From positions 7,603 through 71,602 of the forward strand of contig CAZGFQ010000008.1 in the NCBI GenBank assembly GCA_964525185.1: a stretch of DNA of 64,000 bases. Direction: 5' to 3'. Origin of the DNA: an uncultured bacterium. Lineage in GTDB: Bacteria; Fidelibacterota; Marinisomatia; Marinisomatales; UBA1611. Made by a program: the position numbers and the translations under genes. How positions within the stretch are numbered: the stretch's first letter is position 1; each line of letters starts with the position of its first letter. Shown here piece by piece: positions 11,005 through 20,554 of the stretch. The notes below the pieces were generated by a model. It was given only the letters and a program-made list of their open reading frames with translations. It did not search any database and was not told the DNA's origin.

Positions 11005-12723
11005 CTATTTAGGATTTAAAAATGAAATATAAAACCCAGCTTTAGGACGCGGATCGGATGGGTTATTAAAGAGAACAAATTTTCTAAATAGGACACGATT
11101 CCCGGCTTCATTTAGGATACGGCTTATGGTGGTAATTTCATCTAGGGATTTTACCCAGATTAAGATGGGTTCAAAAATATGGGACTCTTTATATATTTGA
11201 TCGAAATATTTTAACGAATAGCCGGATAAAGAAGAATCCAGTTGAACAATAACATCTTCGGGAGTTAACCCTGTTCTCGTATTGAGTATCGCAGTCCCTT
11301 TTGGCATATCGAAACTGAAATAACGTCTTATATTTGAACTTCCTGTCTCTTTTTCTTCAGAATAACTTACTAAGTCACCAGGGAGGTATTTACCAAATTC
11401 AGGGTCGACAATGCTCGTGTATTCTAAACTGATAAAATTCTTTGTAATTGTGAGTGTCGAATATTTATTTATGTCCGTATTCAATAATATATCATTTAAT
11501 GATTTGGATATGAGAAATGACTTATTAATTAATTCTTGAGGAAATGTGCTACTTTTTTTGGCTAATGGTTCACCTGCTTTAGACGATGATCGATCTACTT
11601 TAAATATTACGTCAGTTTTTATGAAATTAAATGGCCATATTGGGTCATTAATATCTGATCTATATTTTAGATAATTCATACCAAGAAAAAGAATGCCAAT
11701 TATGAGTAAATAATACAAGACATTATTTGATTCAGTTTTGATCGGTTTTTTGATTTTAGATATGGTTCTTTTCCCTTTTTCTACATTAACAATCTCATCA
11801 TCAGAAGGGGTATCGTAATATTTGTCAATAAGTGGGAAGTCTGTTAGCCCTGGCTCATTGAAAAAATTCATTGAGTAAATATGTGATTTAGATTTTGCCA
11901 TCACAGTTAAAATTATCGACTCAAAAGAAGGCAAATTGTTAGGAATATCGTCATAGTCGATACCTTCAAATGGTTTTAACTCAATCATTGAATTATTATC
12001 CCAAACTTTTTTCATTTTTGGTGTCAATGATCCCGTTGATATTATAGGTCTCTTACTGGGATTAGATGTTAAAGATAAAATGGTGGATGATTGGGCGCTT
12101 GAAGCAGTTGAATTTTTAACTATGATATTCCCTTTTGAAAATGTTAAATGTCCAAAATGAAACTGTTGATGTATTAATGCAAAAAAGCGAAAACCTTTAT
12201 CAGACTTATGTACCCATGTTGATTCAGGCAAATCTCCCCAATCTAGGATTGTTGAGCTAATTGGGCCCATCCATAATGGTTGGCATCCTAAACCGGATAA
12301 TGTCAGTTTTAGGTTTATTGCTAAATGTGTCGGAATTGAAACATAATGAAGATTGGGTTCATCTGGTAAATATGTTTGACAATAAATAGATTTAAGCGGT
12401 TGTAACCTCTCTGCATTAACTTTCCAGTTTATAAAATCTAAATGATCTTCTCGGCTTAAATCTATTTCATTTTTAATAATGCCATGAGTCAATAAATCAT
12501 CATCTATGGAAATTGTAATTTCATCTCCCGCTAATGGAATTGAATCATTAATGTCTTTCAAATGATTAGATAAAACTTTATTTAACTCTTTCTCATTTGA
12601 TAGTATTGGAAATAGAGAATTTTCTAATTTTACATTAGCGACTTTAGATAAAATAATTTTGTCTGCAACCCTAGTCCATTGGGCGCAAAGAAGGTTCTTA
12701 TTGGATATGACAAGACCAATCAA
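11005..12723 (-). CDS. Hypothetical bitopic membrane protein with GspL / PilM-PilN-like topology
   Basis: About 335 cytoplasmic aa, one TM helix (VLYYLLIIGILFLGMNYL), then a C-terminal domain of about 215 aa. The annotated start is TTG, so the start is uncertain. The family call rests on topology only. Confidence 0.5.
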   Translation of the reverse strand: MIGLVISNKNLLCAQWTRVADKIILSKVANVKLENSLFPILSNEKELNKVLSNHLKDINDSIPLAGDEITISIDDDLLTHGIIKNEIDLSREDHLDFINWKVNAERLQPLKSIYCQTYLPDEPNLHYVSIPTHLAINLKLTLSGLGCQPLWMGPISSTILDWGDLPESTWVHKSDKGFRFFALIHQQFHFGHLTFSKGNIIVKNSTASSAQSSTILSLTSNPSKRPIISTGSLTPKMKKVWDNNSMIELKPFEGIDYDDIPNNLPSFESIILTVMAKSKSHIYSMNFFNEPGLTDFPLIDKYYDTPSDDEIVNVEKGKRTISKIKKPIKTESNNVLYYLLIIGILFLGMNYLKYRSDINDPIWPFNFIKTDVIFKVDRSSSKAGEPLAKKSSTFPQELINKSFLISKSLNDILLNTDINKYSTLTITKNFISLEYTSIVDPEFGKYLPGDLVSYSEEKETGSSNIRRYFSFDMPKGTAILNTRTGLTPEDVIVQLDSSLSGYSLKYFDQIYKESHIFEPILIWVKSLDEITTISRILNEAGNRVLFRKFVLFNNPSDPRPKAGFYISFLNPK

Positions 12724-12735
12724 AACGGATTAATA

Positions 12736-13485
12736 TTAATCCCAGCTTCTAGTTCCATCACTGATCATTCCATGACTATTTGCTTTGAATGAAAATATAA
12801 GATAACGTGGTTCTTTATACGTTTCAACAATTGGGCTTGTCACACGCAAGCTTTTTATTTCTTCAACAATCTTTATATTATATTCATTTTGTGTTAATGG
12901 ACAGTAATAAGTAGACGAATCAGGAACAAATGTGTCATAATATTCTACTAATTCAACCCGTTCAACAGGAGTTTTTTCTAGTACTTCTTTAAAATTCGGA
13001 TCATCTTGCATAAATGAAAGGTTTTTTAATTGAATATAGCTTGTATCATCTCTTGAAAGTTCTTCAGAATACATAATGATGGTAACGCTCGTATCACTGA
13101 CTGTGTCTCTTCGGAATTTTTTAAATCCAAATGTTGTATCAAATTCAACAGGGAAACTTTCTGGAATATCTACAGAATAATTTTCATTTCCGAGAAGAAT
13201 AGATTGTTCACCTATGAAATTCGAATCAGCAATGACAGAATCTCTTGCCGCATTAACTAAATTCATAGCTTCATAAAAATCTGAATTGTACAAGCCAGTT
13301 AATTGATTATGAAATTCTTCAATATCATATAAATTTTGCATTCTGAAGCGACTTTCATCTTCAAATACTTTTTCTTCTTCCCAAATGGCAACAGGTACAT
13401 AAATTGTAATGACCAAGAATAATAATGCTAATACAATACCGACTTCAAGTAAGTCAGATCTTTGTTGTCTCTTTTTTAGTTCCAT
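12736..13485 (-). CDS. Hypothetical protein with a pilin-like N-terminal helix
   Basis: Short basic N-terminus, then a hydrophobic helix with an early Glu (RSDLLEVGIVLALLFLVITIY). No canonical G/F prepilin cleavage site. Confidence 0.5.
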   Translation of the reverse strand: MELKKRQQRSDLLEVGIVLALLFLVITIYVPVAIWEEEKVFEDESRFRMQNLYDIEEFHNQLTGLYNSDFYEAMNLVNAARDSVIADSNFIGEQSILLGNENYSVDIPESFPVEFDTTFGFKKFRRDTVSDTSVTIIMYSEELSRDDTSYIQLKNLSFMQDDPNFKEVLEKTPVERVELVEYYDTFVPDSSTYYCPLTQNEYNIKIVEEIKSLRVTSPIVETYKEPRYLIFSFKANSHGMISDGTRSWD

Positions 13486-13491
13486 AATGTT

Positions 13492-13935
13492 TTATTCCGT
13501 CTTAAGGATAATTCTCTTTTTATTTAGTTCTAAAGTTTTTGGACCGATTCCTTTAACCTTTTTTAAATCATCGATAGTTTTAAATAAACCGTAATCTTCT
13601 CTATAGTGAATGATTCTTTCTGCTGTGACAGGTCCAATCTTTGTTAATGATGTTAATTCGTCTTTATTTGCAGTATTAATATTAACAAATTCTAGTTCAA
13701 CCTTCGAATCCTTTTCTTCAGAATTCGAAATTGTCTTTTTATGTTTTAATTCTAATAAATTTTCCTTCGAATAGATTGAATCGGCTAGTTTTTTAAATTC
13801 TGATTTTTCAATATGCTTTGAATGTATTGGAGATGAAACTGTTTTTTGTTTTAATTCAGAAATCGTAAACCCAATTACAGCAGATAATCCTAGAAACCCA
13901 ATAATTGATTTTTCCTTCGACGTAAATAAAGTCAT
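13492..13935 (-). CDS. comEA: ComEA-like helix-hairpin-helix DNA-binding protein
   Basis: N-terminal membrane anchor and C-terminal tandem HhH region (NINTANKDELTSLTKIGPVTAERII ... LKKVKGIGPKTLE). Confidence 0.8.
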   Translation of the reverse strand: MTLFTSKEKSIIGFLGLSAVIGFTISELKQKTVSSPIHSKHIEKSEFKKLADSIYSKENLLELKHKKTISNSEEKDSKVELEFVNINTANKDELTSLTKIGPVTAERIIHYREDYGLFKTIDDLKKVKGIGPKTLELNKKRIILKTE

Positions 13936-15035
13936 TAAATATCTATTTTCGAAAATGGGTTTTTTATCGTTTGTTGTTCTTTCTCAAGTTGATTCAATGC
14001 ATTTTTCTCAGATCTCGATATTGACTTTGGTGTCGAGATTTGAACTCTAACCATTTGATCTCCACTACTACTTCCTCTTAAACGAGGGAATCCTTTGTTT
14101 TTTAAACGTAGAATCTGCCCTGATTGAATTCCTGCGGGAATTTTTAAATCAACATGGCTTAAAATTGTTGGCACTTTAATCGATCCGCCTAGTGCAGCAG
14201 TAGTGTAAGGAATATTAAGTTGCAAATAAACATGTTCGCCGTCTCGGACAAAGTATTCATGATCTACTTCATCAAATACAACAATTAAATCACCCGCATT
14301 TCCTGCAATATTTTGATTTCCTTGGTTTGAGAGTGTTAAATAATTACCAGACTCTACCCCTGCTGGAATATTTACCTTTATTGTTTCTTCTTTTGTAATT
14401 AATCCATCAGGTCCAGCACCAGATGGTCGATGGCCAATTACTTTACCACTCCCACTGCAATAAGGGCATTCTGAAGCTGTTCTCATTTGACCTAAAATAG
14501 TATTACTAATCCGTGATACTTGCCCTGCACCGTTACAACTAGAACAAGTATTAAATGTGGCCCCAGGGGCTGGAATACGTTTTTTTATTTTTATTTTTTT
14601 ATCAATTCCTTTAGCAATCTCTTCATAAGTCAATTTTAATTTAATACGAATGTCGCTTCCTCCACGCCGCCTACCCTGTCCTCCTTGTCTGCTACCACCA
14701 AAAAAACTTTCAAATGGACTGCCGCCGCCACCAAATATATCACCAAACTGACTAAATATATCATCCATGCTCATATGAACGCCACCACCAAAGCCAGCGT
14801 GACCGCCATCCCCCATTCCAACCCCCGCATGACCAAATTGATCATAGCGAGATCTTTTAGTTTCATCACTCAGAACAGCATATGCTTCAGCTGCTTCTTT
14901 AAATATTTTTTCTGCTTCACCATCATCTGGATTCTTATCAGGATGATATTTCATAGCCAGTTTTCTATATGATTTTTTGATCTCATTAGCTGACGCAGAT
15001 TTGGAAACGCCTAATATATCGTAAAAATCTCTCAT
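13935..15035 (-). CDS. dnaJ: Molecular chaperone DnaJ
   Basis: J domain with YHPDKN, a G/F-rich region, and CxxCxGxG zinc-finger repeats ([16 protein letters not shown]). Confidence 0.95.
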   Translation of the reverse strand: MRDFYDILGVSKSASANEIKKSYRKLAMKYHPDKNPDDGEAEKIFKEAAEAYAVLSDETKRSRYDQFGHAGVGMGDGGHAGFGGGVHMSMDDIFSQFGDIFGGGGSPFESFFGGSRQGGQGRRRGGSDIRIKLKLTYEEIAKGIDKKIKIKKRIPAPGATFNTCSSCNGAGQVSRISNTILGQMRTASECPYCSGSGKVIGHRPSGAGPDGLITKEETIKVNIPAGVESGNYLTLSNQGNQNIAGNAGDLIVVFDEVDHEYFVRDGEHVYLQLNIPYTTAALGGSIKVPTILSHVDLKIPAGIQSGQILRLKNKGFPRLRGSSSGDQMVRVQISTPKSISRSEKNALNQLEKEQQTIKNPFSKIDI

Positions 15036-15559
15036 TTTTTGTTCACTATTACTTTTGCATGTCTAATCACGCGATCCTTATAGCGATATCCTTTCTCAAA
15101 TACATCTAATATTTGATCTTCCTCATAGGAATCATCTGTCTTGGTCATCATTGCATCATGAAGGTCAGGGTTTACATTCTCCCCTTTTTCTCCAAAAGGT
15201 TTAACATCTAAATCTCCAAGCCATTTGTCGATTTTATACAGCACAAGTGTTAACCCTTCAGAAATAGATCCATCGACTTGAATACCTTCTTTGTCAATCG
15301 CAGTAGACAAACGGTTAATATCATCCATAACAGGTAAGAATGATTTAATGACATTTTCACCGCCATATTGAAGGAAACCACTTATTTCTTTATCTTTTCG
15401 GCGACGGAAATTTTCAAATTCAGCCTTAAGGCGTAAATGTTTGTCTTGGACTTCAGCTATTTGTTCTTTGAGTAAAACTAATTTTGTAGGTTTTTTGGGC
15501 TTCTTAGTTTTTTTTGAAGCACTTTTATCAGATTTTTCGTTTTTATTATTTTTTGCCAT
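15032..15559 (-). CDS. grpE: Nucleotide exchange factor GrpE
   Basis: [12 protein letters not shown] coiled-coil signature and a C-terminal beta domain. 4-nt overlap with dnaJ. No dnaK lies between them. Confidence 0.9.
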   Translation of the reverse strand: MAKNNKNEKSDKSASKKTKKPKKPTKLVLLKEQIAEVQDKHLRLKAEFENFRRRKDKEISGFLQYGGENVIKSFLPVMDDINRLSTAIDKEGIQVDGSISEGLTLVLYKIDKWLGDLDVKPFGEKGENVNPDLHDAMMTKTDDSYEEDQILDVFEKGYRYKDRVIRHAKVIVNKK

Positions 15560-15600
15560 ATTATGAAATTATTATTTAGTGATAGAAATAAGACGACGAA

Positions 15601-15619
15601 TTTACATCTAGGATGTAAA
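15601..15619. promoter_or_regulatory. Perfect 8-bp-arm palindrome (TTTACATC tag GATGTAAA) between ftsX and grpE
   Basis: Read directly from the sequence. It lies 42-60 nt upstream of the grpE ATG and 24 nt downstream of the ftsX stop. It could be an operator or a weak terminator. Confidence 0.3.
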
Positions 15620-15642
15620 GATGAAAATAGATCGTAGAAATA

Positions 15643-16515
15643 TTATTTGAGTATACTTGATATAGCTCTATAACTGCCTAAGACTGATATAATACCAGCC
15701 AACCCCGCTAGCCATAACCAAATAAACGGATCTACAGATAAAGACATTTTTAAATGAGCAACTGATTGGATGAGAAAATTACCACCTTTAATGAAGCCTA
15801 ACATACTTGGATACACTAATAAGGTAGAAATTGCTCCCATGAGTAACCCTTCAAAAATGAAAGGCATTTTGATGAAAGACTTTGTAGCTCCAATTAATTG
15901 CATCGAATAAATAAGATTTTTCCGAGAAAAGACACTTAGTTTAACTGTATTGTAAATCACTAGCACAGCAATCAAAACGATTAAACCAGAAACATAAGGG
16001 AAATTAGCTAATAACTTTTGATAATAGCGTTCAAGCTTATTAACAAGGATACCTTGATGTCTTACAACATCCACTCCATCCATTGACTTTATTTCTTGAA
16101 TAATCGCATTAAATTTTAATCTTTTTGGACTATTACGGTTAAAATTAACGACTGTACTCGCAGGCAAAGGATTATAACCTAATACATTAAAGATATCTTC
16201 GCCAAATTGATCTTGAAATATATTAACTGCATCTTTTTTCTCTATAACTGTTGCAGATCGTACACCTCTAATTTTTCGTATTTTTTCAGCAATAGCCTTT
16301 GCTTGCAGATCGCTAATTTCCTGTTTATAGAATACTTCAACTTTGTATTTGGATCTAACATATTGAATTGTTTTATGAATATTTTCCCCTCCAATCATAA
16401 ATAATCCAACGATGATAAGAGTAACATATAATGTAAAAATAGCCGTCAAAGATGTGGCTTTGTGTCGCCATACATTTTTAAAACCTTCAGAAATCAAAAA
16501 GATAATTTGATCCAT
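15643..16515 (-). CDS. ftsX: Cell-division ABC transporter permease FtsX
   Basis: Four-TM FtsX topology with a large first periplasmic loop. TAATG overlap with ftsE. Confidence 0.85.
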   Translation of the reverse strand: MDQIIFLISEGFKNVWRHKATSLTAIFTLYVTLIIVGLFMIGGENIHKTIQYVRSKYKVEVFYKQEISDLQAKAIAEKIRKIRGVRSATVIEKKDAVNIFQDQFGEDIFNVLGYNPLPASTVVNFNRNSPKRLKFNAIIQEIKSMDGVDVVRHQGILVNKLERYYQKLLANFPYVSGLIVLIAVLVIYNTVKLSVFSRKNLIYSMQLIGATKSFIKMPFIFEGLLMGAISTLLVYPSMLGFIKGGNFLIQSVAHLKMSLSVDPFIWLWLAGLAGIISVLGSYRAISSILK

Positions 16516-17171
16516 TATCCATTTCCTCTTAAATGGCCATTTTGGAGCTCCATAATTCGATATCCACGCCCTTTAATAAGATTATAGTTATGGGAAGCCA
16601 TTAATATTGTTGTGCCTGTTTCGTGAATCTCTTGTAATAATTTCACAAGTTCAAAAGCTGATACGGGGTCGAGGTTACCGGTAGGTTCGTCAGCTAACAA
16701 AATAGCTGGATCTTTTACAATTGCTCTTGCTAGAGATGCTCTTTGCTGTTCACCGCCAGATAATTGGCTTGGTTTTAATTTTTCTTTCCCTTCTAATTTA
16801 ACTAACCCTATGCATTCTTCTACTCGTTCTGTGATTTCTCTTGTTGGGTATCCCAATACATGCAATGGGAGGGCAATATTATCATACACATTTCGATCTT
16901 CAAGAAGTTGATAGTTTTGGAAGACCATTCCAATATCACGTCTTGCATAAGGAATTTTTCTTTTTTTCAATTTATGGCTTGAGTAATCGCCTGTTTTTAC
17001 GAAACCAGCTTGGGGAAGTAAATCAAAATATATTAGTCGCATTAATGTTGTTTTTCCCGACCCAGTTGGCCCAATTAAAAAAGCAAAATCATTTTCGGGG
17101 ATCGTAAAACTGAGATTATTAACACCAACATCCTTTTGGTGGTTGTATGTCACATTCTGAAATTCAATCAT
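16515..17171 (-). CDS. ftsE: Cell-division ABC transporter ATP-binding protein FtsE
   Basis: Walker A GPTGSGKTT, ABC signature LSGGEQQR, Walker B ILLADEPT. Confidence 0.9.
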   Translation of the reverse strand: MIEFQNVTYNHQKDVGVNNLSFTIPENDFAFLIGPTGSGKTTLMRLIYFDLLPQAGFVKTGDYSSHKLKKRKIPYARRDIGMVFQNYQLLEDRNVYDNIALPLHVLGYPTREITERVEECIGLVKLEGKEKLKPSQLSGGEQQRASLARAIVKDPAILLADEPTGNLDPVSAFELVKLLQEIHETGTTILMASHNYNLIKGRGYRIMELQNGHLRGNG

Positions 17172-17219
17172 GGTCTAAACTTAAACATTTTTCTAGAACA
17201 ATTTTATGAAGATTATAGA

Positions 17220-18266
17220 TTAAATATTACTGATCGCCCAGACTAAATAAGTCATATACACACCAATAAGAAACATACCTGAATATTTACCAATTTTCCA
17301 TTTTCTAACTAAGAGAATGAAAAAGACAACCAATACCGATGCAAGAAGAAGAATAACTGAACTAAATAGGTTTTCTTTTCCTACCACTAATGGGCCATCT
17401 GTTAAAAATAAGATTATCATCCACGGAACACCAAGCCCAATTAGAATATCAAATATGTTCGATCCAAGTGCATTACTTATTGCCATACCTCCTCTTCCTT
17501 GACGGGCTACTATTATTGAAGACATCAAGTCTGGTATAGATGTTCCAATAGCCAATACTGTTAATGCAATAATAGCTTGAGGGACATGTAAAATATTAGA
17601 AATCATTACAGCAGATTCAACTAGGACCCAGCTCAAAGCACCAATGAAACTAATTGAAATAAAAAAATTAACTATATAATGTTTTTCGGAAAGGAAAAAT
17701 TTTGACAATAAAATATCAAATGGTTTGAAAATGATCATCCAGCCTGAAATGTCAGAATCTTTATTTTCTTCTAATTCATCATGGCTATCATCATCATATT
17801 TAAGGATTTTTCTCCAATTCATGACAGATATCACATAAATAATATAAACACCTATAAAAGATCCTGCTTCTATTATACTTATTTGGCCATCAGAAAAAGC
17901 CCATAATAAAAAAATGATTGAGATTGAATAAAAAATTGAATCTCTCAATACTGGCTGCCACGTAAGGATTGTGCTTCTTACTATAGCAGATGCGCCAATG
18001 ATAACAAGTAAATTAAATAAAGCTGATCCAACAATTGTTCCAATGCCAATTTCCGCAAAATCGCCTGGTTTTAAAACTGATATTATGGATACAAAGAATT
18101 CCGGGGCACTTGATCCAATAGCCATCAAAGTTGCTCCTGCTACATCAGAAGACATTCTTAAATCTTTAGCAACCCTATCAAGTGATTCAACAAAATAATC
18201 ATCACAAACGTGAGATAATAAATAAAAAGATATAACAAGCGCAATACTCAGAGAAACTAATAACAT
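17220..18266 (-). CDS. Ca2+/Na+ (CaCA family) antiporter
   Basis: Two alpha-repeat motifs (GSSAPEFFVS and GTSIPDLMSS) separated by an acidic cytoplasmic loop. Confidence 0.85.
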   Translation of the reverse strand: MLLVSLSIALVISFYLLSHVCDDYFVESLDRVAKDLRMSSDVAGATLMAIGSSAPEFFVSIISVLKPGDFAEIGIGTIVGSALFNLLVIIGASAIVRSTILTWQPVLRDSIFYSISIIFLLWAFSDGQISIIEAGSFIGVYIIYVISVMNWRKILKYDDDSHDELEENKDSDISGWMIIFKPFDILLSKFFLSEKHYIVNFFISISFIGALSWVLVESAVMISNILHVPQAIIALTVLAIGTSIPDLMSSIIVARQGRGGMAISNALGSNIFDILIGLGVPWMIILFLTDGPLVVGKENLFSSVILLLASVLVVFFILLVRKWKIGKYSGMFLIGVYMTYLVWAISNI

Positions 18267-18269
18267 GGG

Positions 18270-18857
18270 TTACCTATTAGGTTGGAACAATTTATGTTCA
18301 TTTATATACTGCCAGACATCTAACGGGACCATATAGCGAATAGTTTTATCTTCGGTCCATCGTTTTCGAATAGTAGTCGATGAAATTTCAAATTTAGGAA
18401 TATTAGCGAATTGAACTTTTTTCAATACCCACGGTTGAATTTCACTCGGTTTAAATCCTGGACGAACAGCAACGATAACTTGGCATACATTTAATATTTC
18501 TTCCGCATTTTTCCATGTATGAAAATCGCCAAGTGAATCACTTCCCATAAGGTAAAAAAGTTCTGGTTTTTCTAATGTATACTGTTCTTTTATATAGTTT
18601 ATAGTATCAATGGAATAAGATATACCTTTTCTTTTAATCTCCACATCACACAGCTCAAAATTCGGGTTATTCGCAATCGCTATCTTTAACATGTTTAATC
18701 TATGAGCAATTGGACTTATAAATACTTTATGCGGTGGTTCATAAGCAGGAATAAACATAATTTTATCAAATGCTTCTACTTCGCAAATTGTTTGCGCAAT
18801 CAGTAAGTGGCCAATATGGGGCGGGTCAAAGGTCCCGCCGAATAAACATATTTTCAA
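18270..18857 (-). CDS. nadD: Nicotinate-nucleotide adenylyltransferase
   Basis: GGTFDPPHIGHL motif. 195 aa. Confidence 0.9.
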   Translation of the reverse strand: MKICLFGGTFDPPHIGHLLIAQTICEVEAFDKIMFIPAYEPPHKVFISPIAHRLNMLKIAIANNPNFELCDVEIKRKGISYSIDTINYIKEQYTLEKPELFYLMGSDSLGDFHTWKNAEEILNVCQVIVAVRPGFKPSEIQPWVLKKVQFANIPKFEISSTTIRKRWTEDKTIRYMVPLDVWQYINEHKLFQPNR

Positions 18858-19615
18858 TTAGATTCCTTTTCAGACAATTTCTTTGAATTATTAATATATT
18901 TATGTGCTTTTTCTCTTATGTTGTTTGATTTTATTTTTTGATTATTATAATCCAAATAAGATTCTGCAGATTCGACATTTTTCAATAAACAATGACTTTT
19001 AATAATACCGAGATGTGCTTCTTCTGCATAAGATGTATCATAAAAATGAGCTATAAGTTGCTCATAAGCTAGGATAGCTGATTCATATTCTTCCATTTTA
19101 ATATATAGTACACCTGTTTCTAATATTTTATAAGCCATCTTATTTCTCAATTCTTGTATTGCTGTTAACGCTTCACTCACTTTCGGAGATGAAGGGAAAT
19201 CTTCAATAAATTCTTGATATCGTTCCAAAGCTTTTTGTGAATATGTTTGGTCTAAATAATATTCGGGAGATTCTATATCATATGCTTCACAAATTCTATA
19301 TCGTGCTTTTTCAACATAAGGGCTAAAAGCCATTTTGCGAGCTAATTTTTCAAACTCAGATATAGCTAATAAATATTCTTTATTTAAGAAAAAAGATTCT
19401 CCTAAATAAAATTGTGCATCATCTCCCAAATCACTTCCTGTCCCGCGAATGACAACATATTGAAACTCTTCTTGAGCACGTAAATATTTCTCATCTTCTA
19501 GAAACGCTTTTCCTTGAATAAATCTTGACTCCAGGTCGATGGTAACATCGGGTTTGTTGCTAGAACAATTAAGATATATTAAACTGAAAAGTACGATTAA
19601 TAATAATTTTTGCAT
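18854..19615 (-). CDS. bamD: Outer membrane protein assembly factor BamD (YfiO-like TPR lipoprotein)
   Basis: Lipobox-like YLNCSS, then a BamD-like TPR pattern (FIQGKAFLEDEKYLRAQEEF ... QFYLGESFF ... RYQEFIEDFPSS). Confidence 0.8.
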   Translation of the reverse strand: MQKLLLIVLFSLIYLNCSSNKPDVTIDLESRFIQGKAFLEDEKYLRAQEEFQYVVIRGTGSDLGDDAQFYLGESFFLNKEYLLAISEFEKLARKMAFSPYVEKARYRICEAYDIESPEYYLDQTYSQKALERYQEFIEDFPSSPKVSEALTAIQELRNKMAYKILETGVLYIKMEEYESAILAYEQLIAHFYDTSYAEEAHLGIIKSHCLLKNVESAESYLDYNNQKIKSNNIREKAHKYINNSKKLSEKESN

Positions 19616-19621
19616 TGTTTT

Positions 19622-20554
19622 TTAAAATTCCATAGTTAATGAAATGCCGCCAACACCGCTAAGACTTCTTGGACTATACAATAGGGCAACTTTCGTGTTA
19701 TTTAATATTTTTGATTTCTTTTGTGCAAACAGGACTGCTTCCAAACCTGAAATAATATGATTAAACATTAATGCTGTTATCGAATATTTAGCAACGAGTT
19801 TATACTGATTAGAATCAAAACGCATATTTAAATATGTATCTTTTAAATCTGTCATAACTAATATTTCTACAGACGTATCACTAACTGCTTTTTCCACTAG
19901 TCCGTAATCTTCTGAATCTGACCATCCACCAGAAAATTGATTATATTTCCCAACATTTTCATAAAAATGGTGATCTCGAACAACAGAGACATAGTTATTT
20001 CTAATCCAGTCATAATGGCCTTCAATATCGTCAGATGTAACAAAAGAACCATATTCATCTCGTAATGTTTCTTCTTCGATTTTAATGACTAATGAATGGG
20101 AACCGCCACTTAATTGAATTCCATATTGTCCTAAATCTGCATTATGATTTTGAGTGAAAATATACCAATTATTTAACGACCAATGGTTGTCGGCATAATC
20201 TTCGTAATCTAGTTGGGAAGAAAGACCTAAATTGCGGAAATAATAAGCACTTGCAATACTAGCAGCTTCTATACTTACAAATGATAATGTTTTCCACAGT
20301 GGGGCATTATTATGTGCTTGGCCCCAACCTGGAATAACTAAAGATTTAATAAGGGATTTTCCTGGATAAATAGTCGTTGTAGAATCTTGCACATTGACCT
20401 GGTTTGTATCTAACCCACTTGAATAGAATTCATATGAAATAGATGACAATTCTTTGGCATGAGCGCTTGCGCCAAAGATACTTAATATTAGTGTTAAGAT
20501 TAATACTTTAATAATTGAATAAAAGTGAGAAGTAATATGTTGGTTCATTGCCAT
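19622..20554 (-). CDS. Hypothetical secreted/outer-membrane protein, DUF5683-like N-terminal motif
   Basis: Signal peptide. SLVIPGWGQAHNNAPLWKT resembles the DUF5683 PGxGQ motif. C-terminal terminal Phe. The start may be M3. Confidence 0.5.
   Translation of the reverse strand: MAMNQHITSHFYSIIKVLILTLILSIFGASAHAKELSSISYEFYSSGLDTNQVNVQDSTTTIYPGKSLIKSLVIPGWGQAHNNAPLWKTLSFVSIEAASIASAYYFRNLGLSSQLDYEDYADNHWSLNNWYIFTQNHNADLGQYGIQLSGGSHSLVIKIEEETLRDEYGSFVTSDDIEGHYDWIRNNYVSVVRDHHFYENVGKYNQFSGGWSDSEDYGLVEKAVSDTSVEILVMTDLKDTYLNMRFDSNQYKLVAKYSITALMFNHIISGLEAVLFAQKKSKILNNTKVALLYSPRSLSGVGGISLTMEF

Noticed and set aside
15560-15642. CIRCE/HrcA operator or sigma-32 promoter upstream of grpE.
   Set aside because: I could not find the CIRCE inverted repeat consensus or a CTTGAAA/CCCCAT-like promoter by eye.
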